Assembly: GCA_016188895.1 (NCBI GenBank)
Contig: JACPGZ010000017.1
Coordinates: forward strand, 2,538-66,537
Reading direction: 5' to 3'
DNA from: Candidatus Pacearchaeota archaeon
GTDB lineage: Archaea; Nanobdellota; Nanobdellia; Pacearchaeales; GW2011-AR1
DNA length: 64,000 bases
The position numbers and the translations under genes were made by a program. The notes beneath the pieces are model-generated. The model saw only the letters and a list, made by a program, of their open reading frames with translations. It did no database searches and was not told the origin of the DNA. Each line of letters begins with the position of its first letter. Position 1 is the first letter of the stretch. Below are positions 17,866 through 25,558 of the stretch, in pieces.

Positions 17866-18053
17866 TCAACAAACTAGTTTTTAAAGCTTTCTACAATTTA
17901 GAGAATTTCAGGCAAAGCCTGCGCAGACAATAGGTTTATAAACCATGAAAATTTGTAATTATATCCGATTTCTAGATTGGTAGAATAAGGAGAAGTAATA
18001 AGGAAAACAATTTCAATTGTTGCTGGATGCTTGATTCCTTATACTACATTAAG

Positions 18054-19283
18054 ATGAAGTTTGAAGAACTAAACATAGACAAAGACGTATTGAAAGTAAT
18101 TAATGAGATGAAATTCTCAGAGATGACTGAAATTCAGGAGAAAGCGCTTCCTTTAATAAAAGCAGGAGAAGATGTTATTGGTGAGTCTGCTACAGGATCT
18201 GGAAAGACACTTGCATTTGCAATACATCTAATAGAGAAAAGCGTAAAAGCAGGGAGTGTTCAATCTTTAGTTCTTGTGCCAACAAGGGAATTGTGCGAGC
18301 AAGTATCAAAAGAGATAAGAAAATTTTCTAAGTACAAAGGCCTTAATATAGCTTCTATATACGGCGGCGTTTCTTATGCACCTCAGAAGGATATGCTTAA
18401 AAAATCTGAGATTGTTGTTGGTACGCCTGGAAGAATACTTGACCATATCAGGCAGGGGACATTTGAAACGCATAATATAAGGATATTTGTAATTGACGAG
18501 GTTGACAGAATGCTTGACATGGGATTTATTCATGATGTTGATCAGATAATAAAAAACATACCCTTAAAAAGACAGACATTGCTTTTTTCTGCAACTATAG
18601 ATTCTGATATTGAATATCTGGCAAGAAAATATATGAAAAACTCAAAATTAATAAGTGCTGAAAATCATGTTGATCCTTTATTATTAAGGCAATATTATTA
18701 CGATGTGCCTGGCAGAAATAAGTTCTCTCTTTTTGTTCATCTTTTAAAAAATGACAGGACTAATTTAGTAATTGTTTTTTGTAACACAAGGCATAATGTT
18801 GATTTTTTATCACGAAATCTGAGAAAACAGGGAATTAATGCCCGCTCACTGCATGGTGGACTGACGCAAAGCAGAAGAAATAACATTATGGATATGTTTC
18901 GGGCCAGCGATATCAATGTATTGGTTGCAAGCGATGTTGCTGCAAGAGGGCTTGATATTAAAAATGTTTCTCATGTCTATAATTATGACATGCCTAAAAC
19001 ACAGGATGAGTATATCCATAGAATAGGAAGAACAGCCAGGGCTGGAAAAGAGGGCAAAGCTATAAGTGTTGTTTCTGAAAGAGATTATGATAATTTTTCC
19101 AAGATAATAAGAGACATTCCAATTGAAAGATTAGAAACACCTAAATTTGACAGAGTTGTGTTCATAGCATATAAAAAAGAGGGATTTGGAGACAGAAATA
19201 GAGGTAGAAGATTTGACAGGCAAAATATTGGAAGAAGAAAAATATTCTTTAAAAGAAGAAGATTTGTTTTTCAGAGACAATAG
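18054..19283 (+). CDS. DEAD-box ATP-dependent RNA helicase with RG-rich C-terminal tail
   Basis: Q motif, Walker A (ATGSGKTLAF), PTRELC, DEVD (variant of DEAD), SAT, HRIGRTAR. C-terminal GDRNRGRRFDRQNIGRRK. Confidence 0.9.
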   Translation: MKFEELNIDKDVLKVINEMKFSEMTEIQEKALPLIKAGEDVIGESATGSGKTLAFAIHLIEKSVKAGSVQSLVLVPTRELCEQVSKEIRKFSKYKGLNIASIYGGVSYAPQKDMLKKSEIVVGTPGRILDHIRQGTFETHNIRIFVIDEVDRMLDMGFIHDVDQIIKNIPLKRQTLLFSATIDSDIEYLARKYMKNSKLISAENHVDPLLLRQYYYDVPGRNKFSLFVHLLKNDRTNLVIVFCNTRHNVDFLSRNLRKQGINARSLHGGLTQSRRNNIMDMFRASDINVLVASDVAARGLDIKNVSHVYNYDMPKTQDEYIHRIGRTARAGKEGKAISVVSERDYDNFSKIIRDIPIERLETPKFDRVVFIAYKKEGFGDRNRGRRFDRQNIGRRKIFFKRRRFVFQRQ

Positions 19284-19353
19284 CGCAAAAATAGAGTTAA
19301 ATTTAAAAACTAATATAACTTTTACTAGATAAATTTTTCAAAAAGAGGGTAAA

Positions 19354-19533
19354 ATGAAAAGATGCATATATTGTAAAACCGATATCTCTGATGATAGTGT
19401 TGTTGATTTTTGCCAGAGATGCGGGCATAATGTATGGGGTGAGAAAATGTTCAATGCAATTATAGACAGCATGACAAAAGCAAGGGATAAAGGCGATTTG
19501 CTTCAGGGTTCTGTTACTGACAATTTCAAATGA
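19354..19533 (+). CDS. small zinc-ribbon protein (59 aa)
   Basis: MKRCIYCKTD...DFCQRCGHNVWG: CxxC...CxxC. RBS-like AAAGAGGGT upstream. Shorter than the ORF-track threshold. Confidence 0.35.
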   Translation: MKRCIYCKTDISDDSVVDFCQRCGHNVWGEKMFNAIIDSMTKARDKGDLLQGSVTDNFK

Positions 19534-19904
19534 AGAAAACAGGATTGATTGTGAGTGTATAACTTTAATTTTTTATATTTTTTATGAATATATTCTGGTT
19601 TCTTATCTTAGCAAGATAAATTTTTCTGATTTTCTAAGTTTTTCTGATGGAATATTTATATTAATATTAAGAATTAATTTAATAATTTCAGGATTATTTA
19701 TAATCTTTCCGATAATTTCTCTTTTATTAGCAACAATAAAACCAAAGAAAGGAAGGGATATTACTTTATTAATTTTAAATATTATAATCATATTAATTGC
19801 GGTATATTTTGCTTTATTGATGGGATTTAGCTAAAAATCTTTCTACCGCAAGCCTTAAAAACAATAGAAAAGCTTTTTAATCTACCTTTAATAAGTAATA
19901 ACAT

Positions 19905-19935
19905 AAGGGAAATTACGTTTTTCCCCTTAGACCCC
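19905..19935 (+). promoter_or_regulatory. second copy of the hairpin + CTTAGACCCC motif
   Basis: AAGGGAAATTACGTTTTTCCCCTTAGACCCC, ~40 nt upstream of the 19975 ORF. Compare 14131..14158. Confidence 0.35.
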
Positions 19936-19974
19936 TTCCTTTAAAGAAGATACCATTCCTTTAAAGAAGGGCTT

Positions 19975-20328
19975 GTGAGTGAGAATAAGCAGGAGTATAA
20001 CATGGAGCTTGAAGGAGTTTTGCTTAGCGGATTTAATGAGCTAGAAGAGATAGACAAAAATGCTGTAAATAGGGTACTAGGCGAATATATGAAGAAGATG
20101 AAAAGGCATCATGACTTCAAGCAGCTGCATATACATATTAAGAAAAATATTAAGGGTAAGGTTGAGCTGTTTGAGATTAAGGCAAACCTCCAGGCAAGAA
20201 AAGTATTAAGCTCAAGTGTTGAGGGATACAATCCTTATAAGACGCTTGCTGAAGTGCTTGAAAATCTGATGAAGGAATTAGAACACGAGCACACAAGAAA
20301 CATAAGGGCAAGCCCAAGAGAATTATAA
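19975..20328 (+). CDS. hypothetical protein (117 aa)
   Basis: ORF immediately upstream of rpl21e. No family recognised. Confidence 0.35.
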   Translation: MSENKQEYNMELEGVLLSGFNELEEIDKNAVNRVLGEYMKKMKRHHDFKQLHIHIKKNIKGKVELFEIKANLQARKVLSSSVEGYNPYKTLAEVLENLMKELEHEHTRNIRASPREL

Positions 20329-20345
20329 TAAAACTAAGCAGAAAA

Positions 20346-20744
20346 ATGTTAAAGAAAAAACCTGTAAAGGAAAAGGGAAAGATCAGGCTTAGTGAATACT
20401 TTAAAGGCCTGAAAGCAGGAGACATGGTAAGCATTGTTAGAGAGCTAAGCCTTGCTACTGGATTTCCTAAAAGATTGCAGGGAAGAACAGGGCAGGTTAT
20501 CAGCAAGAAAGGAGAAGCTTATATAGTGAATATAAATGATAATAAAAAAACTAAACAATACATCATAAGAGCAATACATTTAAGAAAAGCCCATTCCAGC
20601 CCATTCCATAGGGCATCGGAAACACAGAGTACGAGCCCACTGCGTAGGGCATTGCAGACACAGAGAACTGGCCCACTGCGTAGGGCATTGCAGACACAGA
20701 GAACTGGCCCACTGCGTAGGGCATTGCAGACACATCGGAGTTGA
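20346..20744 (+). CDS. rpl21e: 50S ribosomal protein L21e with a repeat-encoded ~45-aa C-terminal tail
   Basis: KIRLSEYFKGLKAGDMVSIV...RLQGRTGQVISKKGEAYIVNINDNKKTKQYIIRAIHLRKA is L21e. The ORF then continues through the 36-bp tandem repeats (HSSPFHRASETQSTSPLRRALQTQRTGPLRRALQTQRTGPLRRALQTHRS). Confidence 0.8.
   Translation: MLKKKPVKEKGKIRLSEYFKGLKAGDMVSIVRELSLATGFPKRLQGRTGQVISKKGEAYIVNINDNKKTKQYIIRAIHLRKAHSSPFHRASETQSTSPLRRALQTQRTGPLRRALQTQRTGPLRRALQTHRS
20589..20744 (+). repeat. tandem array (4 units, 36-bp period, no spacers) of the dispersed CCCAYTSCRTAGGGCATYG repeat
   Basis: Units: cccattccagcccattccatagggcatcggaaacacagagtacgag, cccactgcgtagggcattgcagacacagagaactgg (x2), cccactgcgtagggcattgcagacacatcggagttga. 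Confidence 0.9.
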
Positions 20745-20745
20745 A

Positions 20746-21045
20746 ATGATAAAAGAAAACATGCCATTGAGCCTTTTGGAAGTTAAAGAACTGCTTGACG
20801 AACTGAAGATAGAGAACAAAGAGCTTGATGGATTTTTAAAGAAGTTTATTAAGATAAAATCAGTTGATGAGATTAAAAAGGAACTAAACGGACTTGGGTT
20901 TATCAAGATGAAAGCTGAGCATATTGCAAAGCTCATTGATATCATGCCTGAAAACATACAAGAATTAAACAAGATATTTACAGATGTTACGCTTGATGAA
21001 AATGAGGCAAATAAAATACTTGATATTATTAAAAAACATAAATAA
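20746..21045 (+). CDS. rpoF: DNA-directed RNA polymerase subunit F (Rpb4 homolog)
   Basis: 99 aa. LSLLEVKELLDEL...KIAKLIDIMPENIQELNKIF pattern. Conserved archaeal order rpl21e-rpoF-DUF655. Confidence 0.55.
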   Translation: MIKENMPLSLLEVKELLDELKIENKELDGFLKKFIKIKSVDEIKKELNGLGFIKMKAEHIAKLIDIMPENIQELNKIFTDVTLDENEANKILDIIKKHK

Positions 21046-21047
21046 AA

Positions 21048-21587
21048 ATGACAATCAAAGAAGAACACGCAATCATACTAGATTTCTTACCTTATGGATA
21101 CCCGCTAGAAGGTAAAAGGGTTCCAATAGCCCAGGCTATAGGAATTAATAATTTTATTCTATTGCAGCTTGTTCCAAGAAAGGAAACAGTTTTAGAGATT
21201 AAAGAAAGGGTTTATATTGGAGAAGGAAAAAGAGATAAAATATATTATATTCTTGGAAGACTTCCCAGAGAAAAACTGACGGAAACTGCAAAAAACCAGC
21301 TGAGAGAATTTATTGATAATACTGTTGATGAGAATGAACAAAAATTTGTTGAATTTTTTAATACTTGCCAGCCAATAAACACGCGCTTGCATCAATTAGA
21401 GCTTCTTCCTGGAATGGGAAAAAAGCATACAAGGGAGATTATTGAAGAAAAGAAGAATGGTGAATTTAAATCATTCGAGGATATGAAGAAAAGATTACCT
21501 CACTTGCCAGATCCAAAAACAGCTATAAAGAAAAGAATCTATGAAGAGCTTACGGAATTACAAAGACATAATCTTTTCATAAAATAA
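21048..21587 (+). CDS. DUF655 (COG1491) predicted RNA-binding protein
   Basis: EEHAIILDFLPYGYP...PIAQAIGINNFILLQLVP...ERVYIGEG...FVEFFNTCQPINTRLHQLELLPGMGKK...FKSFEDMKKR. Confidence 0.6.
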   Translation: MTIKEEHAIILDFLPYGYPLEGKRVPIAQAIGINNFILLQLVPRKETVLEIKERVYIGEGKRDKIYYILGRLPREKLTETAKNQLREFIDNTVDENEQKFVEFFNTCQPINTRLHQLELLPGMGKKHTREIIEEKKNGEFKSFEDMKKRLPHLPDPKTAIKKRIYEELTELQRHNLFIK

Positions 21588-21601
21588 CAAGATTTAAGAA
21601 T

Positions 21602-21660
21602 GCCCATTCCAGCCCATTCCATAGGGCATCGGAGTGATGCAGAGCAGAAGCGTCGCGAGG
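21602..21660 (+). repeat. dispersed repeat copy with extended 3' part (…catcggagtgatgcagagcagaagcgtcgcgagg) upstream of rps13
   Basis: cccattccagcccattccatagggcatcggagtgatgcagagcagaagcgtcgcgagg. The 3' extension is shared with the copy at 22696..22743. Confidence 0.85.
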
Positions 21661-21687
21661 CATAGAGGACGGGCGTCGGATTATAAG

Positions 21688-22155
21688 ATGAAGAAAGAAG
21701 ATAATGTAAAGGCAGAAAACGTTTCTCTAGTTAGAATTATGGCGGCAGATATTCCTGGGAACAAGAGCGTCTATGCTGGGCTAACAAGAATAAAAGGTAT
21801 ATCATGGGGCTTATCCAACGCTATTTGCAAAAAACTTGGGATAGATAGATATAGAAAAATATCTAGTTTATCGCACGATGATATCAAAAAGCTGGAGAAA
21901 TATGCTGAAAACCCTGACCTGCCTGTATTTTTAGTTAATAGAAGATATGATAGAGAGACTGGCAAGAATATGCATTTATTTGTGTCTGATTTAGAGCTTG
22001 TTAAAGAGTTTGATATTAAAAGATTAAAACAAATCAGGTCTTACAGAGGATTAAGGCACGCGAGCGGACAGCCTGTAAGAGGGCAGAGAACAAAAAGCCA
22101 TTTTAGAGAGAACAGGGTTGTTGGAGTAATGAAAAAGAAGGTAAAAAGAAAATGA
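21688..22155 (+). CDS. rps13: 30S ribosomal protein S13P (an alternative upstream ATG at 21634 lies inside the repeat)
   Basis: VRIMAADIPGNKSVYAGLTRIKGIS...: S13 N-terminus. The ORF-track start at 21634 would add MMQSRSVARHRGRASDYK, encoded by the repeat. Confidence 0.85.
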   Translation: MKKEDNVKAENVSLVRIMAADIPGNKSVYAGLTRIKGISWGLSNAICKKLGIDRYRKISSLSHDDIKKLEKYAENPDLPVFLVNRRYDRETGKNMHLFVSDLELVKEFDIKRLKQIRSYRGLRHASGQPVRGQRTKSHFRENRVVGVMKKKVKRK

Positions 22156-22607
22156 TGTTCGGAAAAAAACATAGCAAATACAAAAGACCGCGAAAGCTGT
22201 ATGATAAATATAGAATAGAAGCTGAGAAAGAAATTGTCAAGAAATATGGGCTAAAAAATAAGAAAGAGATTTGGAAGGCAGAAGCGGCTATAGAAAGCAT
22301 CAGAAGAAGAGGCAAGATGCTGATAGTTGCTGAGCCTGAAAAACAAAGAAAATTTGTCTCCAAATTGAAAAAAATGAATTTTGATATCAATGAAATTTCA
22401 GATGTCCTTGCATTAAACAAGGAAGATTGGTTAAAAAGAAGATTACAAACTATTGTTTATGAAAAAAAACTTTCTGAAAGCCCTAAGCAGGCAAGACAAC
22501 TTATTGTGCACAAGCATATCGCAGTTGGAGACCATATAATCAATAAACCTTCATACATGGTTGATATGGATGACGAAAAAAAGATAAGGAGGGTTAACAA
22601 TGGCTGA
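22152..22607 (+). CDS. rps4: 30S ribosomal protein S4P
   Basis: KYKRPRKLYDKYRIEAEKEIVKKYGLKNKKEIWKAEAAIESIRRR... and C-terminal S4 domain. Overlaps the S13 stop. Confidence 0.85.
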   Translation: MMFGKKHSKYKRPRKLYDKYRIEAEKEIVKKYGLKNKKEIWKAEAAIESIRRRGKMLIVAEPEKQRKFVSKLKKMNFDINEISDVLALNKEDWLKRRLQTIVYEKKLSESPKQARQLIVHKHIAVGDHIINKPSYMVDMDDEKKIRRVNNG

Positions 22608-23118
22608 AAGCCCACTGCATAGGGCATTGCAGTTGCATAGTACCAGCCCACTGCATAGGGCATCGGAAACACAGAGTACGAGCCCATTACGCTCCCATTC
22701 CATAGAGCATCGGAGTGATGCAGAGCAGAAGCGTCGTGAGGTGGGAGAACGAGAAGGAATTGTTTATATTTTCACATCATTTAACAATACAATTGTTCAT
22801 GCTACAGATTTATCAGGAAATACAATATCGCGCATATCTGGAGGAATTGTTACAAAACAAGATAGACTTAAAGCCAACCCGACTGTTGCTATGTTTGTTG
22901 CAAAAAGGGTGGCTGAAATGTTAAAAGATAACGGGGTAAATGCTCTGTATATTAGAATACGTGCAAAAACAGGAAGCTCTGGGCTAGGACCTGGAGCGCA
23001 TGCTGTTGTAAAGAGCCTATCAAAAGAAGGATTTAGAATTATAAGCATTGTTGATACAACAAGAATACCAAGAGGCGGGCCAAAGCCTGCAGGCGGTAGA
23101 AGGGGAAGACGTGTTTAA
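22600..23118 (+). CDS. rps11: 30S ribosomal protein S11P, either with a ~47-aa repeat-encoded N-terminal extension or starting at GTG 22741
   Basis: GIVYIFTSFNNTIVHATDLSGNTISRISGG is the S11 core. The only in-frame ATG is 22600, upstream of the three repeat units (MAESPLHRALQLHSTSPLHRASETQSTSPLRSHSIEHRSDAEQKRREV...). Confidence 0.8.
   Translation: MAESPLHRALQLHSTSPLHRASETQSTSPLRSHSIEHRSDAEQKRREVGEREGIVYIFTSFNNTIVHATDLSGNTISRISGGIVTKQDRLKANPTVAMFVAKRVAEMLKDNGVNALYIRIRAKTGSSGLGPGAHAVVKSLSKEGFRIISIVDTTRIPRGGPKPAGGRRGRRV
22610..22745 (+). repeat. three tandem units of the dispersed repeat at the rps4/rps11 junction
   Basis: cccactgcatagggcattgcagttgcatagtaccag / cccactgcatagggcatcggaaacacagagtacgag / cccattacgctcccattccatagagcatcggagtgatgcagagcagaagcgtcgtgagg. 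Confidence 0.9.
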
Positions 23119-23119
23119 G

Positions 23120-23815
23120 ATGAAAATAATTGAAAAAAATAAATCAAAAATTGTATTTACACTTGACATAGATGCTTCTTTAGCAAATGCTATCAGAAGA
23201 AGCATTAATGAGATCCCCATTCTTGCAGTTGATGAGGTTGAATTTTATAAGAATGATTCTGTACTTAATGATCAGATAATTGCTCACAGAATTGGGCTTC
23301 TGCCTCTTAAAAGAGTAAATGTCAAGGATAGCAATCCTCTTCAGCTAAAACTTTCTGTTAAAGGTCCGAAAACCGTGTATGCAAGCGAGCTTGGGTCTCA
23401 GATAGTATATCCTGATATGCCCATAATTGTGCTTGAGAAAGGACAAGAACTAGAGTTTGTTGCATATGCGCGAATGGGAAAAGGAATAGAGCATATAAAA
23501 TATTCTCCAGGGCATGCTTATTACAGGCATCTTTATGATATAGATATAAAAAAGAATGTAGATAAAATAAAGGTATTTCTTGAAGATAAAAGAGCGATGC
23601 TAATAGAAAAACAAGAAAAAGAAACCTATCGCTATGACCTTGCAGAATCAATGCTAGATGCTCTAAAAGAGGAATTTAAAGATTCTGTTGATATTAAAGA
23701 ATCTGGCGACATTATATTTTTTATAGAATCATTCGGGCAGATTGATGCTGACAAGATTCTTTTGGAAGCAATAGATGTCTTGCGAGAGAACTTGCAGGAC
23801 ATTGGGAAAGCTTAA
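23120..23815 (+). CDS. rpoD: DNA-directed RNA polymerase subunit D (Rpb3 homolog)
   Basis: MKIIEKNKSKIVFTLDIDASLANAIRRSINEIPILAVDEVEF...IIAHRIGLLPLK. Follows S11 as in the archaeal S13-S4-S11-RpoD operon. Confidence 0.85.
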   Translation: MKIIEKNKSKIVFTLDIDASLANAIRRSINEIPILAVDEVEFYKNDSVLNDQIIAHRIGLLPLKRVNVKDSNPLQLKLSVKGPKTVYASELGSQIVYPDMPIIVLEKGQELEFVAYARMGKGIEHIKYSPGHAYYRHLYDIDIKKNVDKIKVFLEDKRAMLIEKQEKETYRYDLAESMLDALKEEFKDSVDIKESGDIIFFIESFGQIDADKILLEAIDVLRENLQDIGKA

Positions 23816-23866
23816 ACTTTTTCTAAACAGATATACTTAAAAGTCAATTAAATCCTATGTTTTTAT

Positions 23867-23961
23867 GCAGGAGTGCCAGAGCGGTCAAATGGGCTTGGCT
23901 AAGGCCTATGTAGAAACCAAGTGGCTTAGTGCCTGCGAAGGTTCGAATCCTTCCTCCTGCA
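23867..23961 (+). tRNA. class II tRNA, probably tRNA-Leu (A73 discriminator, long variable arm), with an ~11-nt intron in the anticodon loop; anticodon not resolved
   Basis: Acceptor GCAGGAG/CTCCTGC+A. T-arm GAAGG-TTCGAAT-CCTTC. Anticodon stem CTTGG/CCAAG encloses CTAAGG+CCTATGTAGAA+A. Variable arm TGGCTTAGTGCCTGC. Canonical parsing gives anticodon AAG, which is unusual. Confidence 0.55.
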
Positions 23962-23966
23962 TTGAA

Positions 23967-24242
23967 ATGGAAATTAGAAGGCTTGAGGAAATATTTGATG
24001 ATAGGGAAGATGTGATAATGGCGAGAAGAATCTTAAATGCTGTAGAAAACTCTCCATTTAGTGAATATGAGGTAGGGGTTCCAATTTCCTCTATATTAGT
24101 AAAAATTAATGGGTATAATATTAAAAATAATAATTATGCAAAGGGACTAATAGCCGCCTTGGTTGAGTGGAGTTACTTGGAGTATCATGATAATAGCGAA
24201 AAGGGGGCTCCAAGGGTAGCTATTCCAGCAGATCTAAGATAA
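23967..24242 (+). CDS. hypothetical protein (91 aa) between the tRNA and rpl18e
   Basis: ORF MEIRRLEEIFDDREDVIMARRILNAVEN.... The ORF-track version (23865) includes the tRNA and is rejected. Confidence 0.3.
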   Translation: MEIRRLEEIFDDREDVIMARRILNAVENSPFSEYEVGVPISSILVKINGYNIKNNNYAKGLIAALVEWSYLEYHDNSEKGAPRVAIPADLR

Positions 24243-24289
24243 ATTTAAATAACCTCATTTTTCTATATCGCTATTAATTTATATTAATA

Positions 24290-24658
24290 ATGATAAGCAA
24301 AACAAAGATAGACAAGAAGATGAAGAGAAAGACAAATCCCGAATTAGTGAAGCTTGTAAGAAAATTAAGGAAAAGCAAAGGATGGATTGGTGTTGCTAAT
24401 ATTCTATCATATCCAAGAAGGAAAAAAATAGAAAAGAACATTGACGAGCTTAATAAGGAGGCAGAAGAGAATATTACTATTGTTGTGCCTGGAAAGGTAT
24501 TGGGCGGGGGGGATGTTAACAAGAAGATTAAAGTTGTTGCGTTTTCTTTTTCAAAAGAGGCTTTAAGGAAATTAAAAGGAAAACATTGCGAAGCTTTATC
24601 AATTGAAGAGGAATTAAACAAAAACCATGACGGAAAGGGATTGAAGATATTAAAATGA
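24290..24658 (+). CDS. rpl18e: 50S ribosomal protein L18e
   Basis: KRKTNPELVKLVRKLRK...ITIVVPGKVLGGGDVNKKIKVVAFSFSKEA. Confidence 0.8.
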   Translation: MISKTKIDKKMKRKTNPELVKLVRKLRKSKGWIGVANILSYPRRKKIEKNIDELNKEAEENITIVVPGKVLGGGDVNKKIKVVAFSFSKEALRKLKGKHCEALSIEEELNKNHDGKGLKILK

Positions 24659-25065
24659 TTGTCATTGATGCTACAAATGCTATTCTTGGAAGACTTGCAA
24701 GCTTTGCTGCTAAGCAAGCTCTATTAGGGAACGAAATAGCTATTGTCAATGCAGAAAAAGCAATAATAGTAGGCAATGAAAAAAATATTGTTGGGAATTA
24801 TATGGAAAGAAGGCAGAGGGGTGGGAGCTCGCAAAAAGGGCCTAATTTTCCTACATTGCCTGAGATGATAATGAAAAGAACTATAAGGGGAATGATTAAT
24901 TACAAAAGCGGAAGGGGGCAGGTTGCTTTCAAGCGAATTAAATGTTTCAGAGGGATGCCTGATGAATTTAAGGATTCAAACAAAATTGTTTCTAAAAAAA
25001 AGAAACTTAAAAAGTTTACAAGACTTGAGAATTTATCAATGCATTTAAGAGGAAAAGCTCAATGA
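24655..25065 (+). CDS. rpl13: 50S ribosomal protein L13P
   Basis: MIVIDATNAILGRLASFAAKQALLGNEIAIVNAEKAIIVGN.... Confidence 0.85.
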   Translation: MIVIDATNAILGRLASFAAKQALLGNEIAIVNAEKAIIVGNEKNIVGNYMERRQRGGSSQKGPNFPTLPEMIMKRTIRGMINYKSGRGQVAFKRIKCFRGMPDEFKDSNKIVSKKKKLKKFTRLENLSMHLRGKAQ

Positions 25066-25472
25066 AAATTCAAAAAGAAATTATTGTTTCAGGAAAGAGA
25101 AAGACTGCAGTAGCTAAAGCAATTATCAAACCTGGGGGCGGGAAGATCTTGATTAACAATATTCCGTATGAAAATCTAAATATGCTACATATATATGCAA
25201 TAAGAGAGCCTGTTGATATTGCAAAAAATATACTTGGTAATTTCAACTTTGATATTGTTGTAAATGTTAAAGGTGGGGGACACGAGGGGCAGATAGAAGC
25301 GGGCAGGCTTGCAATTGCAAAGGGATTGGTTGCAATTACAAAATCAAATAAACTAAAAGAGGCTTTTTTTAATTATGACAAGCATCTTTTAGTGGCAGAT
25401 ACTAGAAGAAAGGAAACGTATAAACCTGGCGATTCAAAAGCAAGGGCGAAACGGCAAAAAAGCTATCGCTGA
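25062..25472 (+). CDS. rps9: 30S ribosomal protein S9P
   Basis: ...VNVKGGGHEGQIEAGRLAIAKGLV...RRKETYKPGDSKARAKRQKSYR. Confidence 0.85.
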   Translation: MKIQKEIIVSGKRKTAVAKAIIKPGGGKILINNIPYENLNMLHIYAIREPVDIAKNILGNFNFDIVVNVKGGGHEGQIEAGRLAIAKGLVAITKSNKLKEAFFNYDKHLLVADTRRKETYKPGDSKARAKRQKSYR

Positions 25473-25558
25473 AGCAGTAACATATTTATAGAGTTTAATT
25501 TTATAGAATGCACTTTTCACTTTTCACACTTTTTAGGCACTAACAAATTGATGAATAG

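Noticed and set aside
17597-17884. 95-aa plus-strand ORF antisense to the Sm gene
   Set aside because: The Sm-like protein on the minus strand has a conserved Sm1/Sm2 motif, and the plus-strand ORF has no features.
19603-19791. 62-aa minus-strand ORF in the AT-rich spacer before 19975
   Set aside because: It is an Ile/Asn/Lys-rich translation of an AT-rich intergenic region containing the upstream hairpin motif.
20589-20744. Possible CRISPR array (36-bp periodic repeats)
   Set aside because: The units abut each other with no unique spacers, they lie inside an ORF between two ribosomal genes, and related copies are dispersed singly at other gene junctions. No cas genes are present in the window.
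20580-21068. 162-aa minus-strand ORF across the tandem repeat and rpoF
   Set aside because: It is antisense to rpl21e and rpoF in a conserved operon, and its Cys-rich repeat is just the reverse translation of the DNA repeat.
23865-24242. 125-aa ORF starting at 23865
   Set aside because: Its first ~32 codons are the tRNA gene itself, so the protein, if real, starts at the internal Met at 23967.
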